Notes: generated by a model from the letters alone, not told the origin. DNA of 63,148 nucleotides, filler included, from Pelomyxa schiedti (GCA_020536535.1; 14 parts of 14 records of this genome joined end to end with filler, not necessarily neighbours in it), one strand, 5' to 3'; shown: positions 23,801-36,650, counted from the whole stretch's first letter. Numbers and translations are program-made.

Positions 23801-26800
23801 ACTTAGGCCACTGTTATCATGTCCAATTATTATCTTTCTAAGATCGCCAACATCAGGGCACTCCACACCAAAGGAACTCTCCTTCTTCCTTGCAAAAGCA
23901 TCCCCAGCTCCATCTAGATTCCTCCGACCGCTACTTCCTTCTACACCAACTAGTTCAATATAGACAGTAGCATCAGTTCCAGCTCCTCGTCTGTCTCCAG
24001 TTCGTATAATAACGCGGTAGTGCCTCAGTGGTAAGCAGGATAAACGTGAAGCGGAACCGTCATCTGGCGCCGGATCAAGAACTCTTTCTATCAGGTGGTC
24101 ATCTGAATCTTTGGAAAGCCAGTTTCCACAAAAGAAACGCCATGTTGCTCCAGAAGATTCCTCAACTACAATCACCTATGTACAACACATTATTCAATGA
24201 AAATTTTTTGTGTATGAAACCTTATCCAGAAACCATGCAGCACCAAAGCCACTGTTATCATGCCCAACAATAAGTTGCTTCAGAGGTCCAAGATCAATCT
24301 CCTCAAAACCAAATACGTCAATGCTCTTCCTCTCAAAGCAATTTCCAGCTTTGTCCAAAGTCCTCCTTCTTGAGACACCCTTTTCTCCATGAATTTCGAC
24401 ATAAACATTTGCATCTGTGCCAGCTCCACGCCTATCTCCAGTGCAAACCTCAACACGGTACCGCCTCATGGGGGCTGAAGCTTCCCCATCTTGGCCAATA
24501 GCAACAAGTTCACGCTCTAATCCCCCTTCAGAACTTTTGGAAATCCAATCTCCACACAGGAAGAACCATTTTCGTCCATTAGGAATATACTCTTCTACAA
24601 CAACCTTCAAGTAAAGTAAATAGATAGCGAGGGAAGGGAAAGTTATACTTTTTCTAGGAACCAAGCTCCTCCAAATCCACTATTATCATGACCTATTGTA
24701 ATCGCTTTCACATTACCTAGTTTTTCACATTCCACACCAAACACATCACTTTTTGCTCTTTCGAAACAGTTTCCTGCTGCATCAAGCTTTTTCTTCCCAC
24801 TTTCTTTTCCTTCTTCTCCTTTTATGTTGATGAAAACGTTTGCGTCAGTTCCAGCACCTCTTCTGTCACCAGTCACTGTAGTCACACGGTATCTCATTAG
24901 TGGCAATGAGGCAACTCCATCTTGTGGCATTGCTTCCAAAGTTCTCTCGATTTGTTTATCGTCATCGTGCTTGGAGAACCACTTGCCACACAAGAAGTAC
25001 CAGAGTCCATTGTCTTCCATTCCTTGTATAACAACTTTATCTAAAAACCATGCTGGGCCCAATCCACTGTTGTCATGCCCAATGGTTATTTTCTTCAGAT
25101 TACCTAAATCGGGGCATTCCAGTCCGAATTCATCTGCTCTGTTCCTTTCAAATCTGTTACCAGGTCCATCTAATACAGATTTTGGTGAAGTGCCTTTCTC
25201 ACCAAACAGTACGATGTAAACATTTGCATCAGTTCCAGCACCTCTCCTATCACCAGTTATGGTTGTTATTCGGTAATGCCGAAGAGGTGGAGAGCACCAG
25301 TCACCAACTCCCCCAGAAATTGGTACAGCGGCAATAACTCGCTCAATTTCGCCATCTTCTTCTTTCTTGGATAGCCATCTTCCACAGGGGAAAAGCCAGG
25401 CTCGGCCCGCAATACCCTCCTCCCCAATCACCACACGGTCTAGAAACCAGGAAGGGCTGAAGCCGGTATTATCATGACATATAAGAAGCTTCTGAACTTC
25501 CCCCAAATTCTTGGATTCAAATCCAAATTCATCCTTGCCCTTTCTTGAAAAAAGCCTCCCACTTCCCTCCAAATTAATCATTCCACTATCCACTGCCTCT
25601 CCAAAAACCCTTATGAAAACATTGGCATCTGTTCCAGCCCCCCTTCTATCTCCAGTAAATACGAAAATCTTGTATCTCCTGGTTGAAGAGGCTGTAGCAG
25701 AAGAGTTTTCTTGAAGGGAGGCATTGAGAACACGTTCCTTCTCACCAACTTCTCCTAGCCAGTCACCACAGTGAAACCACCTTTTGGCGGTGGGGGAACG
25801 GGAGTCAGCAGGGAAAATGCACATCTTTTCTAGAAGCCAGGTATCAGGGGGGTCAGTAGTGGCCAAAGAAACCTTGACACGTTGTAGTTCCCCTATATAG
25901 GAAGAAACAACTCGGAAAGTATCTTCATGATTCCGAGTGAATGCATCAGAAGAAGGAGAGTCAAGATACAGTTGCTGGGATTTCCCATGGGTTCCCATCA
26001 GTACTATTGATACAGGGGCACTGGTTCCAGCACCCTTGCTATCACCGGTCTTGATAATAACAGTGTATGCAACTTCACGAAGCTGTGAAGATACAGCTGG
26101 GACAACAGCAGTTGAACCAGACAAAGACCCCCCAATGGTCGGTACGGCATCAACGAAAGAGCCAGTGGATTCCAAAGAACCTTCTTTCACAGTGAAGGGT
26201 ATCGCATTCCCTAACATACCAGAGGCACTAACTGGTGCCAGGGTAACAGTACTAATAGCCCAGCCACCACCCGATTCGCTAGCGATTTCTCTGGTGATCC
26301 TCACTCTCGCTATAGCACCAACGTCACGTGCGAATATTCTCCAACTTTTTGTGGAATTTCTTGGAAATCCATGTGGAGCTGTAACTCTCATTGGAGGTGA
26401 GCTCACATTACCTCCTGCACTAGATCCGACCAATTGAACAGTGGCTAATTCATCTATTGTGCCTGAATTGTGCATATCAGCTGTCAAAACAGAAACCTCC
26501 CACTGGCACACTGAAGCACTGGGATTGACAGGATGTGCAGGAATAAAAACTGCTCGAATTTTCAAAAATCCACGGCAGTCAGGAGGAGGGGGAGGGGAGG
26601 CTGCTGCTGTAGTAGTGGTTGTTGTGGCAGAACTGGCAGAGGCAGTATCTGTAGAAGTTGCAGTGGCAGAGGCTGATGTGGGTGGTGCGCTAGTGGGGGC
26701 TGACTTTGTGGCAGCGGCTGAAGAAACCACCACATTGTCCAACTTGGTATCACCCTTGAGTGATAACGCCAAAGTCAGTTCAACTGGTACACCCCCGTGA

Positions 26801-27299
26801 GGAAGCGTGGTTGTGGGATCAAAAGCAACTGTGCCAATGGTGTCATCGAAAAAGACATCCTTGTCCTGAACGCGGAATTTGATGCGGGGTTGCTGTTTGT
26901 GTGGTTGTTTGGGGTTCTTGGGAGGTTGTCCAAGAGTTATGTCAAAATCCTGATTCCAGACTGGGGTTACTGTTTNNNNNNNNNNNNNNNNNNNNNNNNN
27001 NNNNNNNNNNNNNNNNNNNNNNNNNNNNNNNNNNNNNNNNNNNNNNNNNNNNNNNNNNNNNNNNNNNNNNNNNNNACATCCTTGTCCTGAACGCGGAATT
27101 TGATGCGGGGTTGCTGTTTGTGTGGTTGTTTGGGGTTCTTGGGAGGTTGTCCAAGAGTTATGTCAAAATCCTGATTCCAGACTGGGGTTACTGTTTTTGG
27201 GATGATACGTGTTTTTTGTTTTATTTTTTTCCCCGCGGTGTCTGTATAAATTAATACAACATATGGGTCTGATGTGCCACTGGCATCTTTTTTTTGCAT
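14879..27299 (-). CDS. Giant C2 + ~28 PLAT/LH2-repeat protein (LOXHD1-like), roughly 3,900 aa, short introns
   Basis: N-terminal C2 (KDASGTSDPYV...KTVTPVWNQDF...QDKD..DDTIG). 27 clear and 1 degenerate PLAT repeats Yx5TGDRRGAGTDANV...GHDNSGxGxxWFLDKV...FLCGxWL. Last exon GLRPGWLLDSITV...PPSKS* with TGA at 14879-14881. The true start may lie slightly upstream. Confidence 0.93.
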
Positions 27300-27851
27300 T
27301 TATTTTGGTTAGTTGAGGTTAATCCTCGTAGCTGGTGGGTTTTTTTAAAATTACAGACATAATGACAGCATTTTACTAGGTGATACGAGTTACGAGACTT
27401 ACGAAAATTTTTATTATTTTTTTACGAAATCGAAGCCGATAAAAGCATTGGATATACAAATAAGAATTTTGTTGGTTTCGAAGCCCAATGGCACGCGAAA
27501 TTACGCCGTCTTCGTAACATCGAAAAACACCAAAATCGCCGCCAAGCTGTGACATCAGTTACCTGTTACTTTTAGATCGTGGGCGGAGAGCACCGTCACG
27601 AGCAACGTGCCCAGCCCCTTGCTCATCGTATTAATTTTTTTTGTTGTTCTTTTTTGTTGTTTCTTTTGAAGAAACACGAAACCGTGTTAGGGGAATTGAT
27701 GATGATTTGGTTTGTGAATGTGGCAAGGCGTTTTTGTTTTATACATAGTAATGGTGAAGGTGGTTTCCTTTTTTTGTTTTTTACATGCCAGTGGCCTTGC
27801 CGTTGGTGGACCTTTTTTTTTTGGTGTAGTGGATAGTATTTAGTGAGGGTT

Positions 27852-29159
27852 TTAGTTTTGTTTAGGATACCTTGTTCTGTTATTGGTTGTATTGGCAATA
27901 GGAGCTTGTGTGTGAAGGAGCGGGGGTTGGAGAGCCACGGGAATTGCGTTGTTGCTGGTTGTGCCAAGTAAATCATCTGTTAATTTGGGCGGCGGCTTGA
28001 GGGCACTGACAGCTTCCATGTTCAGGGCACAAACTCCTCTGGATTCTATCAGTCCGGGATGCATTTAGGTGTGAGGGCCAACCAACCTCATGAAAGCTTT
28101 TTTAAAGTCGTCTTCCACATACATAGCTTGCGCTTCTTTCACTTTGAGAATATCCTTGCACTCTTGCAGTTCACCTCGGACCTTTGAAAAGGGAGTTGCT
28201 ATTTGGGAATAGTCGTAACAGCTCATTGATTTACTTGTTGTAGTTCGGCCTCATACTTGGACACAAGTTTATCAGAGATTTCTTCAAGTTTTTGTTTCCA
28301 GAATTTGTCAATTTCCCGCTGCTTCCTATGCAGAGAATACACATGCCACGCGTGAAGGCATTGATACATTTTGTTCCTTGACGTGGGTAAGTGCAGACGT
28401 CAAAAAAAACAGCAGACCGACCTTGCCCAGGTGTGTCTGATCGCCAAAGTGCATTGCTGGTGGAATACACGTTGCCTTGCAGCATTTCTCCATACAGCAT
28501 AACAACGATGAACCATGTGCAAGGCGTTCTACCCTCACTTTAGGCTTTGTTGGTTTGGCATGGGCAAACACCAAAGTAACATAAAAAAACGAACAGCGAG
28601 TGATGGTATACCAGTTGAAGAGCACGTTGCGAAAACCCTGAGGCAAGTGTGGAGATAACAGCCTTATCTTGTTCTCGCTCGCCCTCCAGGGCGCGAATAG
28701 TTCCCTGTTGGAATGTAAACAGCAAGAAGCTGGCAGTGAAACTGGCACACTTCTAATTGATTGATACGTGCATCCCTCTCGCGATTGGCCTCAGTGAGGT
28801 CTGCCAAACCAGCTTCCAAGTCACGTTTCTGAATCTCCACCATGTGGTTCTTGAATGCCAATATATCTTTCTACAACTATTAATTATTGGCCGCAACAAA
28901 AAAACACAATACCACAAAAACAACAAAAAAAACCGACGGAAATGCAATACACAATACAACAATAAATAAAGAAAAAAACGAAGGAAAAGCCACTCAGAGC
29001 TCATTGGCCAAATCAGCAAAAAAGGGAACATCACAAACCAATGTTGGCCGTGACACATACCATAATTTGTTGTTTCATTGCGGCAGTGTGTTGGTCAATG
29101 TGCAATGAAACTTGGTCCAGCTCCAGTTGAGTCCTCTCCGAGTCCCACACCAACGTGGT
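27852..29159 (-). CDS. POC5: Centriolar centrin-binding protein POC5 (5'-truncated by contig end, multi-exon)
   Basis: Manually spliced short exons read ...VHRCYAVWRNAARQR...AIRHTWARNKMYQCLHAWH...KYEAELQQ|VRGELQECK...EDDFKKAFMR|GVCALNMEAV. KKAFMRGVCALN is the POC5 signature, and the W-containing repeats are centrin-binding (Sfi1-type). Confidence 0.9.
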
Positions 29160-29259
29160 NNNNNNNNNNNNNNNNNNNNNNNNNNNNNNNNNNNNNNNNN
29201 NNNTTAATTAATTAANNNNNNNNNNNNNNNNNNNNNNNNNNNNNNNNNNNNNNNNNNNN
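29160..29259. other. Artificial contig linker (N-TTAATTAATTAA-N, stops in all six frames)
   Basis: Same 100-nt linker at 36134, 37289, 41022, 42298, 45094, 48830, 52727, 55002, 57255, 58990, 60429 and 61857. Adjacency across linkers is not biological. Confidence 0.97.
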
Positions 29260-32200
29260 TTCATTCTTTGGAGGAGTCGGGTTCGTGCGTTTGGGTTTAT
29301 GGTAGTACAAGCTGGGTGGGGGTGGTGAATGGGATGGAGTGTTGCCGTGAGTTGGATCAGTCCTTCTTGGCAGGTATTTGTTTGACAGGAATCGACGCTG
29401 GTGCTGCTGTTGCAGTGACTGATGCTGCCGGTGCTGGTGTTGGTGTTGGTGGCTGTGTTGCGGGAGAAGCTGTCGAGGTAGCGAGGGCGGGCTGTGACGG
29501 CTGTAGCTGCGCGGCGGACGATGTGACGAGGAGGGCGGCCTGGCGCTGTAGCTGCAGTGCTCTTTTGTGGGCATTGGACGCGTCCTTGATCGAGTTCACC
29601 CACGTCTTCTTCTCTATCGGGGAGCTAGTAGCCATGATGAACCGGCGCTCCTTGCGTGGAGTCAGAATAACAAGAAGAACAAGAAGAAAAAGAAGAAGAA
29701 TGATGAAAAGAGGAGCGAGAGGGAGGGAGAAAGGGATTACTTGGATGTCATTTTCCTTGCTCCACATGAGCAGGAACATGGTGGCATTCAATTGGCCTCC
29801 GCTGTCTCGGATTTCTTGCTCCCCAATCTCAAACACCTTCACGGAATTGAGGGGGAGGATTTTGCAGAGCTTGAAATGTGACTTGGTCTGTTTGGGAATG
29901 GTAAGGTGGGCTGTTGGAAGCGGTTTGGGGAGCTTACTTGGACAGTCCAAAGTAGTGTATCCGATAGTAAAAAGAAGTAGCAGTGCACACTACCGGTGAC
30001 TGTTTGCTCTGGCGTTGGGTTCGCGAACGAGCTTCCAATAGCTTGTCCCACAAGTGCCGCAGATGGAACGGGGCCTGAGGGAGGTGATGGTGCCTTGGCC
30101 GACTTGGCTTTCTTCATTTTGAGGTGTGTTAAAGCGCCGTCGTAGATATAAGAGCGTCCTGGCGTGGAAAATACGAAATCATGAGGGACCTCAGTCACTT
30201 TGGTAGACAGTGAGGCCAATTTTTTGGTGTTCTCGACCACCTGTTTGTGGTGGTTGATTGTTAGGGCTGTTTCTTTAACAATTTCAGCTGCTTTCTTTAG
30301 GTTGTCATGATCTGTGCAGTTTTAAGAAACTTAGATCGGTAATTAATCATACCAGGATGCGATGGAGGAGTGACTTCAAGGAGACTCTGGAGAAGGAGAA
30401 TGTATCTGGGAATCCTGAAAAAAAGTTGGAAAACATGGAACTGAAATTGCTTGAGAACCTTTGAACCGGCATAATCATAAAACTATTTAAACTTGTTCGA
30501 TTGGTTGCCTCACTGAGACCAACTTCCTTCACCCATGTGCGGAAATGNNNNNNNNNNNNNNNNNNNNNNNNNNNNNNNNNNNNNNNNNNNNNNNNNNNNN
30601 NNNNNNNNNNNNNNNNNNNNNNNNNNNNNNNNNNNNNNNNNNNNNNNTGGAAAACATGGAACTGAAATTGCTTGAGAACCTTTGAACCGGCATAATCATA
30701 AAACTATTTAAACTTGTTCGATTGGTTGCCTCACTGAGACCAACTTCCTTCACCCATGTGCGGAAATGGACCTGGATGCAATGAGACAGGAGGATATTGA
30801 TTGAATGAACTAACCTCTTTCTGAAGTTTATCAACAAGCTCCAGCTTGTCATCATAAGTAGTGATGTACTCCTGATGGGAAATTAAACTTTAATACACGA
30901 TTTGAAGCCCACCTCATAGTATTTGCCCAACAGGCTTCCGGTAGCCCACCAGGTTAAAAATACAGACCCCAATGACGGGGAGGGAGGGGTTCCTGGATTT
31001 CCTGGAGCAGGGTTTGGTTGATGTTGGGCTTCCATCTCAATCGCTTTCGTCAATGCGATAAAAAATTGTGAAGCTTCAGTGTTAATCTGGCTCATTGTCC
31101 CAAATAGAGATGTTGCTTGTTCTTTACTGACTCCACGCTCTTGGATGATTAAGATGTGGAAAAGGAAATGAGATCCTCAACCTCCAGAGGCCATTGGTTG
31201 GAAGTAATGTGTTAGGCAAGTGCTTAAAGAGGCGAGGTATGACTTCTCTGTAGAGAGAATTTCTGTGGTTATACACTTCCGTTTGTTGACTTCCGCGTTC
31301 TTCATTACGGCATCCCTTGCCTATTTCAAGTCAGCACATCGAGTCATACATTGTAAACTCACGGTGGATCGCGAAAACATCCGAAGCGTCATTCCATCTG
31401 CACGGAGAGTAGTTGCTTTTGCCGTTGGACGCTCTGGCCGTTGCTCCGTCGACGGTTTTGGGGGAGTCCCAGGCTTGGGAGGTATGACAAATCCTACTTG
31501 CCGAGGAGTTGCTCGGATTGATCCTTCTCTGCAAAGGGCTCCAGATTCGGAAGTAGAAGTTGTTGCCTCTGGTGGATAATCTGCTTGCTGTTCGTCATCT
31601 TCTTCGAATTCAAATCCAATTTCATCACTGGCGTCTAACATTAGAGACATGCGACTGGAACCCATTAGTGATGCCAGGTTAGCTTTCGACATTGGTGCCT
31701 TCAACTTTTTCTGACAACTGAGCTGATGAGTTGTTTGGCACAAGCCTTATCTAGCATACTTGTTGAATAGTTCCGTCAACCCGGGATCAAATAAATGTTG
31801 GAGATCACGGAAAACTTGATTGAGTTGTTTCGGCCCTACAAAGAATACGACTTCAAAGCGCAGAATGTCACTTACTGAAATATTGAGAATTGTGGATAGC
31901 CACTTCCTCATAAATTCTGTTAAGCTAGAGTAAGAACCTCAGAGAAGTGACATGAAAACAACCGGAGTCTCTAGGATTTTCTAACGAGGGAGACATTTTC
32001 AATAGAACTTCCCCAATACCTGTAAGCGTTTCAAAGGACTAATATTGTCAGGATGGCAAAGTGAAGAAGGACATGACACACCCGTTCGTTGGATGTGATG
32101 TATTCCAAAACCACCAGTGCATCAAACTCCTGTGCTGGGGGAAGTGTGCCCGAAACAATTAGATCAGTTATTCTGCCAGCAAGTACACTATGTTCCACCT

Positions 32201-33982
32201 TGGCCCTAGGCATCACCTTACTGTGACTTAAGATGCTTTTCTAAGAATACCCGGAAACGACAAGATTGGAAAGAATGCAAAGAGTATTTCCGATGATACT
32301 CGAGTTGGTTTTGAATAACGACATCAAATCTGACAGGACAGGTAAAACTCCTGAAGGATGTAAAAACGTTGATAAGGTGACAAGAAGCTACCTGAAGCTA
32401 CGACGATTTTGCACAACAACTTGCGTACATTATCTTCTTCAACCTGGCACAGTTGCAGAAGAACTGATAAACCAGCATTGACTGTAAGAGGAGGAGCATC
32501 GCCTTGAATTGCATTCAATATAGCGTTGACACCCTTCTCTTGGCAGAATTGCCTATGTCTCTGGTGTCTCATAGGATGCATAATGTCTTTAGTAGTAAAG
32601 GAATACAAGGAATTCTTTATCAACAGTAAGGATACTATTTAGACAACCGCATAAAACGGCCTTTCCTTTACTGGGTAAATATGACGCAGGTAATGTTCTA
32701 GTAAGAGCTGAGACAAGGTTGTCCCACTCCAAAGTAGAAGATCCCCCCGTATCTCCAGACTTCAAGCTGCAAACTTTGGACAGCGAGTAAATGAGTACCA
32801 ACACCTTCTCCAAGACCATACTCTCAGAAGAGAATTCTGGGAAATTAGTCAATTGGATTGAACGAACGAATCCTCGGGGATCTGTCTACCTATAACAGAA
32901 TTCAAAGCAGAGAGCAGGCTGGAATCTGATGCCTCCCTGTCACACACTTGGGGGTCTGAGATCATCTGTATGAGTACGGACAGTGCCAGTAGCTGCATTC
33001 CAGGCTGTAAAGAGCGAAATGTGAGAGTTAAACTTCTTGCGGGAACTTAACGTACATCCAAACAATCACAAAATCGGATCGGTACGTACTTCATCAAACG
33101 AGCAGCACACTGCGATTACCGGCTGCAATCCTTTGGAAATAACAACAGTCCGCAGCGACTTCGCTTCGTCCGTCAAAGAGCCCATGAACTTGAGAACCTG
33201 GAGAGCACATTGGTTAGTATTGCCGTTTATCAATGCGATAGGGTGAGATACAGCCAGCTTCGCGGAAGAATCACCAACGCTTAAGCTTATATAGACTTTG
33301 TTGAACTTCTCGACTGTTACTGGATCCAGAGGCTGAGGCGTAGGAGATAATGTGAGTGTGGCAGGGGAGAGCTGCCTTACAACCTAGAAAGAGATGCCAT
33401 ATTTTCATCAGTATTAATTGGAGGGAAAAAAACCCCAACAAACAAGGAAGTTCACAAGACATACACGAGGGTCGGGACTCGTGGCGCTGGTCGGGGGTGA
33501 CAGGGGCGCAGGGGAAACACTTCTGGTTCCATCACCCTGGAGGCATACAATGTGAGTTGAGATCTGTGTGTGAAACCCGCGGCCGGGGATTGGGGAATTA
33601 CCGAATGAGAATGGGAGTGCGAGTGTGAGTGATGGTGTCCCCCTCCTCCACTTTTAGAAGATGAGGATGATGAGGATGAAGTGGACGAAGACGGGGAGAC
33701 TGATGTGCGGTGGCTGTGCCTTCGAAGGTGGTGTGACCGAGTAGACGCCTCGGTGGAGACAGAAAGTACACTGTGTTTTTGTTTGTTTGTTTGGGTTAGC
33801 GCATGGGATTTTTTTTGGTTGGGAGTATTATGGGACGAGTACTTGACCGCGGGGGGCTGCACGCCGTCGGCTGTGGCGTCCATGGAGTGGCTGCGTAGCA
33901 GTTGCAGTGTAGCGGCGCTCGGTGGCGTAGAGGTCATGATCAATGTGTGTTTCAGAGAACGATGCTTGTTTTGCAGCGACAA
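29260..33982 (-). CDS. Dbl-family RhoGEF (helical N-terminal region + DH-PH), 3'-truncated
   Basis: DH start RKCITTEILSTEKSYLASL, then SLNSFMIMPVQR|IPRYILLLQSL and DHDNLKKA..INHHKQ. PH-like RSYIYDGAL...HCYFFLLSDTLLW...EKKTWVNSIKDA. Start (33982 or a downstream ATG) is uncertain. Confidence 0.88.
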
Positions 33983-34134
33983 ACAAATCTTTTCGGAGTT
34001 CTTTTGTCGTCTTCACAGCAGGGACAATATTCAGTGCAACACACTAAGGGGAGATCGAACTCCTCCTTTGTCTCAAAGACAGGAGTCTCTCTGATTTCTG
34101 TAAGAAGCGAAAATATTTCTTTTTATTGCGGGTG

Positions 34135-35851
34135 ATGGCAACGAGTGGCAACGAAACGCACGACGACCCAGGGAACCAACGTTTTCTCGATGACATAGTT
34201 TCCCTGCTCGCATCCCCGAAAACTGATGTACAACGTCATTATTTATGAAAAATGGGCATTGACACACGGTCGCGCCTCTGGTTGGGGGTGCGGATCTGCG
34301 TTTTGGTGTAGGTTAGATTCGCTACTGTAACTAAACTGCGGCCTTTTGCTGCCAGCGACGCGTTAAGAAAGGACCCCGTATTGGAGGCACTCGTACCGCT
34401 TTTGGACGATCCAATGGTGTGTTTCCTACATCAGGAAAAAATAATTAACTCTTTTTTTGTGCACAAGCCAATTCGAAAGTGTGCTTTGACGCTCCTTGTT
34501 AACGTTGCTGCGGATGAGAATCCTGCTGTTTTCCTTGCGTCAAATTTTGCAGCTATTAGGAGTATAACACAGTCCCTGTTGGTGTGCATTATACCTCATT
34601 TAGCGAGTTTACTCACAAACCTAGCCGGAAAGGAAATGTGCACTACCTACTTGCCCCAATAGAGAACGACAAGGTGTTCCGTTCCAGAGATGCTCCAGAT
34701 GCCGTTTGTTCATTTCATTTTAGTCCACAGTTTAAAACCCAAACTCAAGGTAGTTGTTACTACTGCTCTGTTGTGTGTCAGAAAAAGCACTGGTCCTCAA
34801 GTCACCGTGAATCTTGCCCTTTTTGTGCTTCTTTTTTGCAAGAATTGCCTGCAGACACCAAGGACTCGAATTTATTATGTGCCACCCTCCTCAACAATAT
34901 GACAAGCCATCAAAGAGCAGTAACTTGTCTTTGTAAGCATCAGGTATGAGGAACTTCGTTCTTTCTACCTCATTTATCGCCACTAGATTTTCACCGACTT
35001 TATTAAAGCAATATTTCGCAGTGCAACTGCTCTTCCCTCCATATCCATTGGAGTACTAACGAACATCACACAAGTTACTTATTCCTTTAACTTCTTGTTT
35101 TAGTTTGTTTTAACCGCATAATAGGTCGAAGAAGGAAGAAAAATTCTTATGGACACCCCCACTTCAATACCTATGATCGTCAATCTATTTTCTTTCGAGC
35201 AAACCGCAGTACGAAAATTCGCCATGAGCACTGTGAGGTACTCCCACTCCCCCCACTCCCAGTTACCAACTGGTCAGGAATCTGTGCTTTGACGCAAACA
35301 TTCGCCTACCACTTCTTCAGAATACACATGTGGATGTTCTCTCCTCCATTATGTTGCGACTTCGCGGAGAGGAACAACTTGATGCCGATGATATAAACGG
35401 AATGCCGGTGGTTGTTCAAAAGCCCAATAAAAGGAGAGAACCCGACCTAGCCTGTCGACAGGTAAGAACCCGGCAATAACATGACTTGGCATTTAATTCA
35501 TGGCATTAGGTACTAGTGGAAACTCTTCTTCTTCTTGGTTCCAGTAAGCCCACGCGTATCGTTCTGCGTGAAAAGAAAGTGGTGTGCATTAAACCCCTCC
35601 ATTTAAATTACCCTCACAACACGCAGTACCCGATTCTCCGAGAGCTGGACAAGTCCGAAACCGAGGAGGCAATGAAGGACGCAATCCTCAGTGTAGTCTC
35701 GCTGCTAGTCAATGATGAAGCCCCAGACACAACAACAACAACCCCTACCACCACATCAACGACAACCTCAACCACAACTAGCACCACACCAACACCCACC
35801 ACACCAGCCACAGAAGCCTCAGTAGCCCCCTATGAAATGGAAGATGTCTAG
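34135..35851 (+). CDS. HGH1: HGH1 (FAM203) eEF2 chaperone, ARM-like, multi-exon
   Basis: VLTNITQ|VEEGRKIL, RNLCFD, DDINGMP..KRREPDLACRQ|VLVETLLLLGSSKPTRIVLREKKV|YPILREL match the HGH1 C-terminal signature. Confidence 0.88.
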
Positions 35852-35933
35852 TTGCATCACTAAAAGCAAATGGCCACACACGACAAAAAAACCCCCCAAA
35901 ACCACAGTCTCCGTCAGACATATCTGGAGCCCA

Positions 35934-36070
35934 GGGGCGGTCATTTTACATAGAGGAAAAACCACAGGAAAATTGTAAAATGACCGCCCCATCGTTTTGA
36001 GGGCGGTCGTTCGACAATAAAGAAAAAATTGTCAAATGACCGCCCCGGGGCGGTCATTTTACAATTTTTT
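35934..36070. repeat. Five alternating-orientation copies of GGGGCGGTCATTTTACA forming nested palindromes
   Basis: Copies: 35934(+), 35974-35990(-), 36001(+, degenerate), 36029-36046(-), 36047-36063(+). The last two abut as a ~48-bp palindrome with one mismatch. Confidence 0.9.
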
Positions 36071-36463
36071 CCTTCTAATCTCTTAATTATTTTCTTCCTT
36101 CTGGGGTCCGTGTGGTACCACACCATGCCAGAANNNNNNNNNNNNNNNNNNNNNNNNNNNNNNNNNNNNNNNNNNNNTTAATTAATTAANNNNNNNNNNN
36201 NNNNNNNNNNNNNNNNNNNNNNNNNNNNNNNNNCTCAGCCCCACCAACAAGCTGCGACGCACAAACACGGTCACCGCCTACTCGGTTTTCGAAATTGTGG
36301 CCAAAACGCACACAAGGGCGCAGGGCATTGCTGTCGCACAGCGACAAGTCAAAAAAGAAAAAAAAAATATGTGAAAGAAGAAAATTTCTTATTCGGTTGT
36401 CTTGTCCCAAGCAGTTATACGAAGGATGAAAAGGGAAACGAGAAGAAATAGAAACAAACAAAA

Positions 36464-36650
36464 GGGGGTAGCATTCCCAGTGCAGGGTAACACTCCCCAC
36501 GAAACGAGAAGAAAAACAAAACTAAAAAAGAAAAAGGGGGTAGCATTCCCAGTGCAGGGTAACACTCCCCACGAAACGAGAAAACGAGAAAAAAAAACCA
36601 AGGGGGGGTAGCATTCCCAGTGCAGGGTAACACTCCCCACGAAACGAGAA
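36464..36650. repeat. Three identical 47-nt hairpin-forming repeats with 21-25 nt A-rich variable spacers
   Basis: GGGGGTAGCATTCCCAGTGCAGGGTAACACTCCCCACGAAACGAGAA at 36464-36510, 36536-36582 and 36604-36650. Confidence 0.92.

Noticed and set aside
15512-26800. Many plus-strand ORFs over the PLAT gene (and multi-frame ORFs over 2200-3500)
   Set aside because: Antisense or alternate-frame shadows of repetitive or GC-rich coding sequence.
36464-36650. CRISPR array, or twister/hammerhead ribozyme or IRE
   Set aside because: Spacers are low-complexity A-rich, there are no cas genes and the context is eukaryotic. The twister P1/P4 core and hammerhead CUGANGA are absent, and the stem under CAGUGC is too poor for an IRE. 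Kept only as a structured repeat.
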